DNA of 64,000 nucleotides from Octopus sinensis (Eukaryota), in contig NC_042998.1 of NCBI RefSeq assembly GCF_006345805.1, forward strand, positions 65,658,001 through 65,722,000, given 5' to 3'. Both the position numbers and the translations under genes were made by a program. The notes under the pieces were generated by a model. It was given only the letters and a program-made list of their open reading frames with translations, was not told where the DNA came from and ran no database searches. Shown here piece after piece: positions 12,691 through 27,469 of the stretch (positions within the stretch are counted from its first letter, which is position 1; each line of letters starts with the position of its first letter).

Positions 12691-14214
12691 TGAATATAAT
12701 AATTCAGCACTTGAGTTTTGTCTGTTTTTATTATGAGAGATACAACTGCATAATCAGAACAAACCTGATTTAGCATAAAATTTGATATTAAACAACAAGT
12801 AAACTAGAATAGAACACTAGCACACACACCCCGACACACCACAACCTATGAAAGAATAAGATCCCCATAAACTGAAAATAACATGAACATAATACAATAC
12901 ACAGATAAATAAATGAAATTAAATAACTGTATACATTAACAAAATAAATTAAATTAAGTTAAATACAAAAAAAGAAAGAAAAGAAAAATAAGTAGATATA
13001 AACAATTGAACAAAATATATAAAAACAAATTAAACGAACTTGTATAAACAAGGAAAACTAATAATACAGGTACACTCACACACACACTTACTAAAGATAG
13101 ACACACAGAGGGGAATACGCATACGCAAATATAGACACATACAATAGGAATACAAAATGGTTGATCATTACTAGAAACGAAAGAAGAAAGCAAAGGACCA
13201 CAGATGAGGTCACAGAAGTGTGAAGAAAAATTCTGGCCGAAATTCGATTAATATAAAATAAAGATGAAGCAAATGAACACCAAATATATAGTGCGTCTGT
13301 TTTTATTGACGGACCTGCCAACATGACCATCCCCAAATTCAACAATATATGTTTCAACACACAAATTCGCATCAAGAATCTTGCAAAACGAATTTATAAA
13401 CCTAAAAGCTATATACTTACACAGTTATTGCTATATAATGCTAAAAGAGTAGGTGTGACATCTTTAGTATCTCACTTTAAATTTACGCATTTTTGTGGGG
13501 TGTTCAACCACTCGCACATTAAGTACATATTCAGGCTCTTCCATTGATCGGACAAACTAGAGGCCACATCGTCGTAAGGAGGCACGAGACGGTGCTGAAG
13601 GACTATAGATGCCAACATATGCATCTGATTTAGTGGCATTATTTTTCTGCTGGAATAGCTCTGTAGTAAAGTAGTGGTTTCGAGTAGCCGGCCACTTTTA
13701 CAATTCCTGTAATATTGCGTTTGATGTCGTATTGGGGGACGGTGCATGGATAAACGGCTTCGAAGTTAGCATTTGGTGATGTAGTAGGTTCTGTAATATG
13801 GGTGCTGTAAACGGACACTCACACCCTACTCTCTTTAAAACTAAAGCGGGTAAACCTTCAGTGAGTCGTATATCAACAGTCGGAAAATCTATGCATTTTA
13901 CCTTCTATTTTTCAGCAAGAATGAATCTGAAACTTTTGCTCGTCATGCCTGGAAGAGTTTGACACCTATATTCAACGACATGGTTTTTCAAAGGTAACTT
14001 TCTACAAATGTAATGCCACTTCTGTCTGCTAATCAGACTATACTTACTTCACTTAAATATATGTGATCTAGAGAATATGTGTGGCGAATTATACCAACTC
14101 TTCTTGATATAATTCGAAATTTATGTATTATACACTAAATCGGTGTAAAGCGCCACTTTGGAGAGAATAATTATAAATATATATATATATATGTATATAT
14201 ATGTATATATATAT

Positions 14215-14279
<65 letters not shown>

Positions 14280-14512
14280 CATATCTATCTATCTATCTAT
14301 ATATATATTATATATATATGTGTGTGTGTGTTTGTATATGTATATATATATATATGACGTAAGAAACCAGAAATTCCATTGCGAATTTCTGAATTGAATC
14401 TTTTAGTCTCTGACCTTTCTTGCCTTAAACAACAAGAATGTGCTAATACTTACATATTATATTGCATATGCAGATAAATGTAGGTATATCTATGTCTCTC
14501 TCTCTCCCTCTT

Positions 14513-14546
<34 letters not shown>

Positions 14547-14599
14547 ATATATATACACATATATATATGTTATATATGCATATATATATATATGTATGT

Positions 14600-14637
<38 letters not shown>

Positions 14638-15290
14638 ATGTACACGCATGTGCATATTTGTCACTGTGTGTGCGTGTGTACGCGCGTTGTCACACGTGAA
14701 ATCATTGCTGAAAATTTCGAATTATACCAAGAATAATTTACAATTAGATAATTATAGAATTATACACTTAAACATAAGTATTGTTTCTTTTTTTATATCT
14801 CCCTTCCCCCCTCCATCCTTTTAAAATACACAGAAATGTACGTGAAATTCATATTAAAAACATTTTGAAGAAAGCGATAATGGAAAAGTTTTCTTAACTG
14901 ACGTTGTTAAGAATCCCCAAAGACGTTTAATACATAATTGCCAAATCTGCAAAATTGTATTCGTTGCCTGCAACATGAGGGAAGTAAATTACGTTAAATT
15001 ATCCAACTTTTTTCTAACAACGTATTAAAATGTAGTATGAATTATTATATATTATAATAATCGAATCATTCAAATTGCCGCTCCTCATAGATTTGCCATA
15101 CATTAAATTCCTATGCAATAAATTTTGCAAATTACCAATTATTTTATTTTCTAGTTGATATTTCCTTTGTTATCCCTATGCTTTTTTTTAAATAATAGTT
15201 TTTAGATTATTTTATGAAAATCTAAATTGTGCGTTAATTTTATTCACATATATTTCTCTGTCTTTCCCCAAACATAGATATAAAGATGCG

Positions 15291-15377
<87 letters not shown>

Positions 15378-15594
15378 TATCCGTCTGCACAGGTTTATGC
15401 GAAGCACGTGTGAGTATACGCAGATATATTCATATAAGAGTATACATGCGTGTATGTATATTTATATAATTATGTGCGTGTGATGTGTGTGTGCATATGT
15501 AATATCTACATATGTATCTATGAGACAAAAATACATACGAATATTCATACATTGCACACACATACACACTCACACACGTACACATAGTTAAATA

Positions 15595-15638
<44 letters not shown>

Positions 15639-15669
15639 AGATATATATACATACATACATGCATACATG

Positions 15670-15701
<32 letters not shown>

Positions 15702-15739
15702 CATGCATACATACATACATACATACATACATACATACA

Positions 15740-15770
<31 letters not shown>

Positions 15771-15800
15771 CTATACATACATACATATTTATATATATAT

Positions 15801-16170
15801 ATATATAAAAAAGGAAATGAAGAAAATGCTGACAAAATAATTTAAGTAAGAGAGAGTGTATTTAATTAGGTGAAAGTTCTTTTTTCCGGTTGCGCATTTG
15901 TTATGCTTATCAAAAGATATATTTTTAAGAGAGATAGTGTTCCTTTCTGATAGATTTTTTTCTCTTACCAGATAAAAGAAAAACATGTATCAGAAAGGAA
16001 CTCTATCTCTCTTAAAAAAATATCTTTTGATAAGCATAACAAATGCGCAACCGGTAAAAAGAAATTTCACCTAATTAAATACACTCTCCCTTACATAAAT
16101 TAGTTTGTCAGCATTTTCTTCATTTCCTATTTTATATATCACAACTCGTGTTCCACATCTCCTTTTTTAA
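15801..16170. mobile_element. Palindromic Penelope-like insertion in (TA)n, ~167 bp arms (15801-15967 / 15973-16139)
   Basis: Arms are reverse complements with a few mismatches. The same family occurs at 20392-20642. Each arm carries a variant HHR-like motif. Confidence 0.75.
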
Positions 16171-16201
<31 letters not shown>

Positions 16202-16288
16202 TATTAGAGACAAAACCACTATTTTGCAAAACAAACAAGGAAAGACTTAATCAATACATAAAATTTTAATAAATAGTCAAAAAAACCG

Positions 16289-16331
16289 CCACTACAATTG
16301 TTTCTTGTCTTGATCGACAATCTTCAGGTGG
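16289..16331 (-). ncRNA. Minimal type-I hammerhead ribozyme, mirror copy
   Basis: Exact reverse complement of 16392-16434. Confidence 0.8.
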
Positions 16332-16391
16332 ACTTCCAATAAGTCAGTTTCAAATTATGACTTCATAATTTGAAACTGACTTATTGGAAGT

Positions 16392-16434
16392 CCACCTGAA
16401 GATTGTCGATCAAGACAAGAAACAATTGTAGTGG
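16392..16434 (+). ncRNA. Minimal type-I hammerhead ribozyme, intact
   Basis: Stem I CCAC/GTGG; core CTGAAGA; stem II TTGTC-gatcaa-GACAA; GAAA; palindromic stem III ACAATTGT; GUA cleavage triplet ending at 16430. Same architecture as Penelope-associated minimal HHRs. Confidence 0.8.
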
Positions 16435-16604
16435 CGTTTTTTTGACTATTTATTAAAATTTTATGTATTGATTAAGTCTTTCCTTGTTGTTTTGCAAAAT
16501 AGTGGTTTTGTCTCTAATAATATTTTATAATATTTTACTATAAAATTGGATTTAATCCTAAATCTGATTTTTTCCCTCTAAATTTGGATTTATTCCCTAA
16601 TATT

Positions 16605-16662
<58 letters not shown>

Positions 16663-18376
16663 ATTTATCCTAACAAATATTGCCATACAATACATGAGAC
16701 ATCAAGTATCAATTGCTGTCCATTGCGATTCTAGCTCTAACAACACGTCTATCGTCCTCTCTTTGTTTTCCAGAAATCTCTGAACTCATCGCTCATTCGA
16801 ATTCTTCCTTCGGTTCTACAACCCAGTTTCTTCCTTGAAGTCTGTACCATATTGTGCTCTCATCATATATTTCGCTCCATTCTGATTTAAAATCCTTTTT
16901 CCCTAAGCCTGAAGTTTACTTGCTATTTCTCTGAGTGTGTATTTTCTCCTTTCTTTGTTGTCATTTCTGCACATCTATTTTCTAACATTTAATAAAGTAT
17001 TCGATATTATTCATGGCGTATTTCATTGTTCTCATGTTTTTTTTTCTTTTCCACCTATAGACTGATTGTCTGTAATAAGCTTCCCTCTACGACTTCTGGC
17101 AACATGATTCATATAATTTAATTTTTTTCCTTTTCCATTGCAAGATAAATTAATGTACGTTCTGAAAAAAATATATTTCCATCATTATTGTTTTTCTAAA
17201 CTATTTCTTTCTTTTTATGTCTGACATTTTAACTTTCTAACCACGATATTTGTAATTATTTTACTGTCTCTATTACAAAGATATGCATTTTTTTGTCATG
17301 TCGCATGCATTAAAATTTTTCAAATACTCGCTTTTCCACATTCACCGCTGCTCTTTTAGTTATTGATTTATTTATTTGGTTTGGTTAACTTCACTTGTCC
17401 TTACTAAACTGTAATTAAACTTGTCGATTCTGTGTCATGTTCGAGCATTTGTGATACCAAATACATATTTTTTCATTTTGCACCTATATATTTTAATCTG
17501 TTCTCTTAAAAATTACTTGCGCCGAGCTGCTGATAAATATTTCATTTTCATGGAAAAGAACATGACACCAAGCTGTGTAATCTCTGTTTTTTTAAATTTT
17601 TACATGCGTAATGCACAAGATATCCAGCCGTATTACAAGAAGTTAATCATATAATACATATGTTTATATATATACATTTGTACATGTGTATTTATACCTG
17701 TGCGAGCACAAGCGGCTGCGCGCTACTATATGCTATCCATGTGAAACTTATTCAGAAACTTATTCTTTGGTGGAACCATGTCAAATGACACCATCGTTTA
17801 AATATTTTAGATTTATAACGTAAGTTTAAACCAATTTAGGTAGGAATGATTTTTTTGTTCTTTAATTAATAATAGTTCCTAATTGAGAGTTATTTTTTAA
17901 GTTTTTTCTAAATTATTGGAATATGTAACAAAGAGAATCCACCAATTACAATTAAGAAGCGAAGATTGCAGCATTCTTTAAATATTGCTTAGTTAACTTT
18001 GTCCAGATTCATCAATTTTTTTTAAATCACAAGAAAAAAAAACATATGCAAATTCACATTAGAGTATGAAATTGACCTGTATTTTTGCAAGGAGATTAAT
18101 AAGAATTTTGTGTTATGAGGAATAAGAATGCAGAACGCAAGTTATTATATACAAACCTCTACATCACAATAGAGCGCAAACTCAAGCGGCTGCTTGTAGG
18201 AAAATCAGAAGGACACGGGTGTTATGGGGAATAAATGAATAACTGATAGAAGTAAGAACTTTGAGAAATCTAAATATATATCTATCACCCACTCTATATA
18301 TATTGTCATATAACAATCTCAGTATTTATCTATATATACGCATAAATATACAGACGTGCATATATATATATGTATA

Positions 18377-18424
<48 letters not shown>

Positions 18425-18931
18425 CTTTTACTCTCGTGACCATCTTTATTTTCGTGCATGGACGTTCAAGGGAAGTGTTTTTTCTCTCTCTTCAATTTCC
18501 TCTTACCCAATAATGTTTCTTAAAGCGTTCACAATTTTCCTCTCGTTCTGATCTAACGACCCTCCATATTTGTTTTCGTTCAGTTTACTTGTATGTCTCC
18601 CCTGTCATGTTTTAGTTCCCAACTTTGACCCTCCATAAATCATAAATTTCATTATAGAATGTAAGGGAGCAAAAGTCTTTGAAGATTTATATTGTCATTG
18701 AGTGCACGAAATGAGGATTAGATAGGATCCGTTCTCTGAGTTTACGTGCCATGGGTTCCATTTTTTGTTCTTATTGGTAACGTATTTAACACGTTTGTTT
18801 ATGTATTTCGTGTTATTTGCACCGTTAGCGACGTCATGGACCCATATATGCATGTACATATATATATATATATATATATAATAATAATATATATATATAT
18901 AATATATATATATACATGCACACACATACAT

Positions 18932-18989
<58 letters not shown>

Positions 18990-19212
18990 ATATATATATA
19001 TATATAATATATATATATATATTATTATGGCTGCCCACTCGTTATCGAGTATGGCCATTGCACGAAGCTTAAATATTACTGGCTTAAATATTACTGACTT
19101 TTTAGCCCAGCTAAAGATCTACAATGTCTTGTACAAAATTGGTAATAACCGGTTGTAGTTGTAGCTGGGCTTCATGTACCTTTGCAATGTCATTTAAGTC
19201 CTCCTGTCGAAT

Positions 19213-19251
<39 letters not shown>

Positions 19252-19252
19252 T

Positions 19253-19405
19253 TTATTTAAAGCAGCAGAAAATTCAACAAGATCTGTTACTCTGACTTTC
19301 TCGTTGCCGTTCATCAGACAGTTTTTTCTAGCAAAAACTGTCTGATGAACGGCAACGAGAACTCAGAGTAACAGATTTTGTTGAATTTTCTGCTGCTTTA
19401 AATAA
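19253..19405. mobile_element. Palindromic Penelope-like pLTR pair, ~74 bp arms, 6-nt loop, next to (TA)n
   Basis: Arms 19253-19326 / 19333-19405. Plus-strand motif 19338-19374: CTGT-CTGATGA-ACG-GCAA-CGA-GAA-CTCAGAGT-A-ACAG. The mirror copy has GAAAG. Both HHRs carry 1-2 lesions. Confidence 0.75.
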
Positions 19406-19512
19406 GGCATATTACTCTACCACTTGTATTTGAGTACTCTTTTTTCCACATTGTTTCACATTTATGTGTTTACTCCGGTATATATATATATATATTATAT
19501 ATATATATATAT

Positions 19513-19545
<33 letters not shown>

Positions 19546-19574
19546 TTGTGTGTGTGTACGTATATATATAGAGA

Positions 19575-19860
19575 GAGAAAGCTCGTAGCTGAGTGGTGAG
19601 GGCATTCAGCCCATGATGGCAAGATCGTGAGTTCAATTCCCGGCAATGCGTTTGCACCAGTCCACTCAACTGTGCAAAATGAGTAGTACATGTATTTCAA
19701 CGGGCCAGCCTTTTCACAATCTGTGTCATGCTGAATCTCCCTGAGAACAACGTTAAGTGTACACTCGTCTGTGAAATTCTCAGTCACTTGTACGTTAATT
19801 TCACGAGGATGCTGTACCGTTGGTCGTATCAGCTGAGACCCTCGTTTAGCACAGCGGGTA
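19575..19860 (+). mobile_element. tRNA-derived SINE family C (internal deletion)
   Basis: A-box-like TAGCTGAGTGG, B-box-like GAGTTCAATTCC. Body homologous to 43338-43650. Confidence 0.75.
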
Positions 19861-20295
19861 AGGATCGTTATAGACTCGCTGGAACCATATTTCCCTTAAG
19901 CTCAATAAATGAGATCCATAATCCCTGCTCCCATTTAAGAAGCTACATGCTGCACAATTGGGATCCACTGTTCGTCACTTAGAGCTGAAAAATGTTCTTG
20001 CAGAGGGGATCCAACGTAAAAGCGGAGATTTCTTGTTCGCCCTTTAGAACTATAAAGTTTGCAAACTAGACCGTTCTAAACAAGACAACTCGTCCAGTGG
20101 AAAGCTCAATCAGTGTATTTGTTTGCAAATTAAGTGACCGTGACGATTTTTCTACCTTCAGTTTCAAGAGAGCTTATTTTTACTCTGTCGTTAGAATCTG
20201 GTGAGTCGTCTATAAAGCTACGATATTTATGCGTGCAAAACGATTGGCCACTCTTTGACCGGATTTATATTTAAATTCACGTATATGTATATATA

Positions 20296-20642
<347 letters not shown>

Positions 20643-22964
20643 ATATATATATATATATATATATTTATATGTATACATATGTATGTATATATGTATATAT
20701 ATGTATATATATATATTATATGTGTGTATGTATATATGTATATATATATTATATGTGTGTATGTATATATGTATTTATATATGTATATATATATATATAT
20801 GTATATATATATTATATGTGTGCATGTATATATATATATATATATATATAGATATGTATGTTTATATGTATATATATATATATATATATATGCGTGTGTG
20901 TGTGTACATAGATAATGCAGAGAGAGTGCAAGACAGGCAAGCCAGAGAGAGAGAGTAAAGTGTTATAAATGTGATAAAATATATATGTGCTCACGTAAAT
21001 TAAATATCAGCGGTATATATCAATTCGCTGGATTGATAGCAGAGATATGTGTGTTATATCAAATTTGGAAACTTAATCAGATTTTCTACCCTGGTTGGGC
21101 TGTTAGCGACTGAGTCAGAAGCAACGCTTATACAAAATACCAGGTGATAAAATACTAATAAAATATAATTAGATGGTATATTCTATGCGAGAATTTTTCA
21201 TGGATAAAATTAATGTTCCAGTTACTGTAATGATATTTCAAATATGGTCTAAGATCAAATCATTTCACAAAGAAAAGAATGTTATGAATATGTAAAATGT
21301 TGCTTTATAAGATATAAAATCCAATATTGACTTATTTTTCAAAAATATTTTACAACGTATTATTTTCCTCTAATACTTTGTATATTTATCTCTAATAAAA
21401 TTATAAAATATTTCAGCAAAGTACATAATATTTCTCTTGAAATTTCCGCATGTTATATAACATTTTACGTCTGATCTCGGGGAGCAAATTTTATTATTTA
21501 AAATGAAAGATCAAAAGGTTCACTAAAGTATATCAGTCCAGACAGTTTCTATAATTCTTTATTTTAGAACACTTTACTTTGGGTTATTTGATTGTTTGGT
21601 TTATCTCAGGAAGATGAAGATGCTCTCATTTCAACGGGCTTGAATTTATTTGTGATCAATGCATTCCTATTTTGAAGATACCGTTTCTCTTCTATGCAAT
21701 GCCTCAAAAGCTATATTATCTAATATATACTTCCTCATTTAAGATATTAATGAGGAAAATTACTACTAGTCAAAATTATTAATTTGGAACATGATTTAAC
21801 GCCAATCAATTTTATGATTGCCTAAGTCAAACTGAAATGTTGTAGTTAATTTAGTTATATGCAAAATACCACACCCATGTTCTTTTATGCTTTGCAAAAT
21901 ACGTTGAAATTTAAGGGCTAAAATTAAAAATTTACTCGACATAATCATCTGTTGGAATGATAGAATCGTTAAAGTAGACAGCTCCGAAGTCATATGTGAT
22001 AGTCGTTTTTGCAAATTCAGTTGTAGATTTAAATGATTTCATTGTTTATACTTCTAATATAAAACAATTTATTATTATTAAGGAACGCTGAAATTATATG
22101 TGGGTATTTGAATTACCAGCTAAACGCCGACAATTCTAAAATGGGCTGAACGTTATTTTTTTTTCAAAACGTCTCTAAACAAAATCCGATGAATGATAAA
22201 CGATGACTAACGGTACACAAAATATTTAGCTAAAGTTATATTTGCTTAAATTATGTTATCCTAAAAATTTTATAGAAATGCATAGTCCCTTACTTATTGT
22301 AAACCATAACATACTTTGTATCATAAAATATATTTTCTATAAAACTAATCTCTTTACAGCTTAATGTTTTCTCATCCATCGATATATTAAGTATACACGA
22401 AAACCCAACAATACTGTGTCTATATCAATAAATTTTATGCATGTTTTGTTTTATTCCATATTTCACAGCATATTCGCCTTGGAAATAAATAATAGTTTAT
22501 GACTGCAAGTTTTAATAGAAACGGTTTTGTCTAGGATATGCACAAACACACACACACACATTTTTTGCGTCTGTAATAATTCAGTTACTTACATATGCCT
22601 CCAGAATATAGCGTATTACATAATAATCTTTACTTACAAATTTAGTTGCTTCAAGCGAAAGCAAACACAATACATTAAATATAGGAAAATAATATTTAGC
22701 CATATTTCAACGACCAATTCTTTTCTTATAATAAGAAATAACAAACTACGATGTTTACTTAACCACTAACAACATCATACTTCAGAACAGATTGATTAAA
22801 CTTGGCTATATTCCATAATGCTAAAAAATAGCTCTTCGAATTCGGAGAACTGATCCATTTGTCAGTGAATTTCATCTAATGCTTTTGAAGTTTAATTCAG
22901 TGAAATATTTTAATGTGTGCTCTATAACGGTTAGCGTACGTCTATTTCAAGCGTTATCTCATAT

Positions 22965-23170
22965 AACTGGTTTCAAATTCTGGCAAGGTCATCAATTTCT
23001 AGAGAGGGGAAGTCAATTATATGATTTCCGACGACCAACTGTTACTTATTTCATCGACCCCCGGGGGATGAAACGCAAAGACAACTGCGGCCGTATTTGA
23101 ACTTAGAAGGTAAAGACAGACGTAATGCTACTAAGCATTATGCCGGTGATGTAGCGATTCTGTCGGGCAT
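22965..23170 (-). mobile_element. SINE family B, diverged
   Basis: Homologous to 45422-45653 (ACTTATTTCATCGACCCC..GGATGAAA..TTTGAACT.AGAA.GTAAAGAC). Confidence 0.7.
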
Positions 23171-24863
23171 ACGTTTGTTTTATAGTGCATATCTTGTTCT
23201 CCGTATACAATATCAGCTGACATTGACGTAATTATATATTACTCAATCCTCAGGAGAATATCCATCACCGTTCTGTAAAAGACAATTTTTCATGAATTTT
23301 CATTTCTCTACAATGTCTAATGTCTGACGAGTGAATTTAAGAATGTTACAGCAGCGGGTCCCCGCTTCGTTTTCCTCGTAAACCTATTTTGCTTATCCCA
23401 TTCTCTCCCGCGCTATCATGCGTAGGACATTGCCTATGTATACTTCATGTAGGGGCACTAATTTATCAGACTTTAAATATTGTCCAAGCACAGATGAGAT
23501 CTGTTGCTTACGTCTGAAGTGCTTCGAGGTCCTCTAAGATTTAGATACGGCTTGCGGTTTTAGAGAAGCAAATGATATTCTGTTATGTGATCCTTCAGTA
23601 GCATAGTTCACTGCTATATTATAGTGTGTCACAGGGAAATTTAGTAAGTGATGACTAAGAAGTAAACCTATACGGTCTAACACAAATGGTATCCAGAACT
23701 GGAGCCCCACCAACGCATATTTTTCTATATCCTTGCGCAATCTTCCAAATAACAGAAAGTTGATGAAAAGCAATGTCAGATTTAGGAGTCGCATTCAAAC
23801 ATCTGGTTGCAATTCCTGATGTCAAGATCCAGACAAAGCCTAGGATTCCCGAAACTGAACGTCGTTTTGTTGAGAGGAACAGTGCATTATATTGTATATA
23901 TTCTCTTAAAGAATAGGATAGAGATAACGCTAGCACATTTATGATACATAACTCCTGATTCATAGAACACCCAATAACATTTTGATAAAGTAAGAGAAGA
24001 AATCATTGAAATATGAGTAAATATAAATATAGACGGAATATCATTAATTACCGTCAGAAAAAGCATATTGCTTGCAAAACGAGGTAGCCAGAATTCAGAA
24101 CGAAACAGCATTGTATGAGAGAATCCAGAGTGGATTTTGATGCAGTGCGTGTATTTTGAAACATCTGTTTTATTATACAGGGAACAGATTATATGATCTA
24201 GTGAACGTCATATATATATATTGATAAGAGAACAAGCAGCTGCCGTAACCTTCATATGGGCGACGCAGTCCGAATAGTATACAGGAGAAAGAACTACAAC
24301 TATTATTTAGTACATTAATGGAGTGGATAGATGCAATTGCACAGAGACTTTTTAGTAAGAAGGAAGACAATACGCAAGAACGATGAAAATTGCAATTTTT
24401 ACAGAAGATTCTCCAATTTACCATAGAAAAATATCGTCCTTCAAATGGAATAAGCTCATCAAATTAAGTTTGTTATTTACAAAGGAGTGGGGGAATTTTC
24501 GTGAGATCTAATATATAGTGTTAAGAAATGCTATCGTACAGATAGATGAAAATTTACAGGGATACATAGAGTCCATTAAAATATATTATTTTATAGCTTT
24601 GAACATCAATAAATATAGATAGCATAAGTAGTATGCGCTATTCTTTAACTAAATCTAGAGTCGAATCAATAGAGAAAGTGAAACGCGAAAGACATTACCT
24701 TAAGATGAGAAGGAAACACTAGTAAACTATTCAAACAAGAAAATGGCCGTTAAAAATGTTGATATTATATGTATCAGAGAACAGGCAGGTAACTGAAAGA
24801 AAAAGAAATCAAGGGTGAAGACGATATACTTAACCGAATATCAAAATATAAAAGTGTGATCTT

Positions 24864-24907
<44 letters not shown>

Positions 24908-25854
24908 CCTATCTATCTACATACATATCTATCTATCTATCTACCTACCTACCTACCTACCTATGTACCTATATTTCTATCTATATACCCATCTATCTAA
25001 TTATGTATTTATTTAAAATGCAATTTTAAAGATGTTTATTGCCTTTTTTTTAGAAAAAAGATTGTCAAATGTAAAATGTGAAGCTTTGTATAAGCCTTGT
25101 TGTGTTAAGTACTGGTTATCACAAAAGTATTAAAATACATTTATACATTCTTTGATAATTAAAATAATAATAAGAAAATGTTAAAAACATTTTTCAGAAC
25201 GGGACTATAAAAAGTATCAGGAGTTCAATAACAATCATGTTTTTTTGTTTTTGGTATATATATACACAGAAGGAGATATATTTAAGGATTCACAAAAAAT
25301 TGGAGAGGAATAACTGACCTGTCTTTCAGAAATTTTCAATCTTGTGTGTAGCTATGGAATGTTTGTTATTTTAAGGGACAGTGTGGAAGGTTGGTTGGGG
25401 GAGGGAGTGGCAATGTGGAATCAAAAGAATTTTTTTGTTTATGGGCTAGTCTGTCATGGTGCAGTGGTGTTTGGGACTGGTCTTAGTGGTCAGAATGGTG
25501 TTGGTGTGTGAGTTTCTGTGCACGTCTCTATGTGTGTGTGTGTATATGCATGTGCTTGTGCGTGTGTATGTGTATGTGTGCGTCTGTATGCGCGTGTTTA
25601 TGTTTGTGTCTTTTGTGTTGGTGGGGATGTTATGTATGTCTACGTGAGTGTGTCTGTGTGTCTCTATGTCTAAGTATGTTTGTGTCGTTATAATTGTCCC
25701 GGTGGTGCCTGTGTGTATGTGTGTAATTACTTTTGACAAACTTTTTCTAAAAAATTGAAATATTTCTCAAGTCAATAAACATTTTTTAAATTGCATTTTC
25801 AAATCTTCTTTCATATATATTTCCACGCGTGTGATAGATTACAAATTTACTTTG

Positions 25855-26160
<306 letters not shown>

Positions 26161-26689
26161 CTGAAATTACCGGAAGGGAATGAGTGAAGAAAAGTTCTTT
26201 CTATGACAGGAGACTGCAAGAGAAGGAGGTACAAGAAAACCAAACAGAAGGAGGTACACCCCAGAAAACTTTATTTCAAGAAAAACTATATAATATCTAA
26301 ACTAACTTAATGCATCTCCGTCCGCTGATGGTTTAGGAGGTCGAAACTTCACTATCGTTAGCTATTCTTGTTACCAGCTTTCTCAACTTACTACAGAATA
26401 GTTCATCTGATAATATTGTAAATGGTGTGGATGGGTGGTGAACCGTGATTTATGATTTTAGGAGACATGATGTTCAAAGACTCTTCCTCCTCCCCAGCAT
26501 CATCAAAGTGAAAACTACGACTACTTACAATTATGAATTATTCTACCATTATCGACATCGACTTCGGAATTGTCATGAAAATTATTTTCAACGCAGTTAT
26601 CATCATACTCATCAACATCGTTACCATTGTCGCCGTCGCTTTCACTGTTGTTATCCTCATCACCATATCACAATCATCAACATCATATC

Positions 26690-26691
<2 letters not shown>

Positions 26692-26742
<51 letters not shown>

Positions 26743-26789
26743 TACCATCATCATCATCATCATCATCATCATTACCATCATCATCATCT
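26692..26789. repeat. (CAT)n trinucleotide microsatellite
   Basis: Seen directly. Source of the spurious poly-S/H/I ORFs. Confidence 0.95.
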
Positions 26790-27401
26790 ATAATCCCGTA
26801 ACTGTAAAGAGGATCACTGCCCCATTGTTAAATTCAAAGCAATTGGCATTGTCACAGTATCCCTTCTATACACTTCGTGTGGATGCAAATCACCCACCGA
26901 ACTTTTAAAGGACTAGTGTATACATTATATATACAAAGCATTGTTTTCATAAGGCAACTTGAAAGTAAAATCTTCTACAAAAAGATATATCTGCACAAAA
27001 ACAAGCGAATATTATGTTTCGAAATATTGATATTGAAATAACATATAATGGAAGAAGCATAAAGAAAAATGAAGATGGAGAGACGAAAACACAAACACAT
27101 CTGAAGTGTATATTGAGATTCATACAAAATTTGAAAACAGAAAAATGAATTGAAACATAATACGAAAAGGAAGAAAAGAAATGCTGGCTCAAGGTAGAAT
27201 AATTATGTTATATTAGCAAAAAGGAGAAGCTCTAGATATAATAAGTGATGCGTATTGTTGCACATATCATTACATACTTATAGAACTGAATAATAATAGA
27301 TATATATCTACAACTGAACATTCGTTAAGTTACACACGCGCTTATACACATGTGTACGTGTACATAAAAATACACACACTCATAAACACACACGTATATA
27401 T

Positions 27402-27469
<68 letters not shown>

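Larger units (their letters stand above)
16192..16529. repeat. Near-perfect 338 bp palindrome (arms 16192-16360 / 16363-16529, 2-nt loop)
   Basis: Only two single-base indels found between the arms by eye. Starts in (TA)n. Confidence 0.95.

Noticed and set aside
13470-13960. GC-richer segment with a 91-aa minus ORF
   Set aside because: No recognisable motif. Probably an old TE fragment that I cannot classify.
21790-22030. Protein-like minus frame (TTITYDFGAVYFNDSIIPTDDYVE*..KRTWVWYFAYN)
   Set aside because: Frequent stops, no recognisable family and no convincing splice sites.
23300-24450. Possible ancient RTE-like LINE (SDIAFHQLSVIWK)
   Set aside because: Similarity too weak and not collinear.
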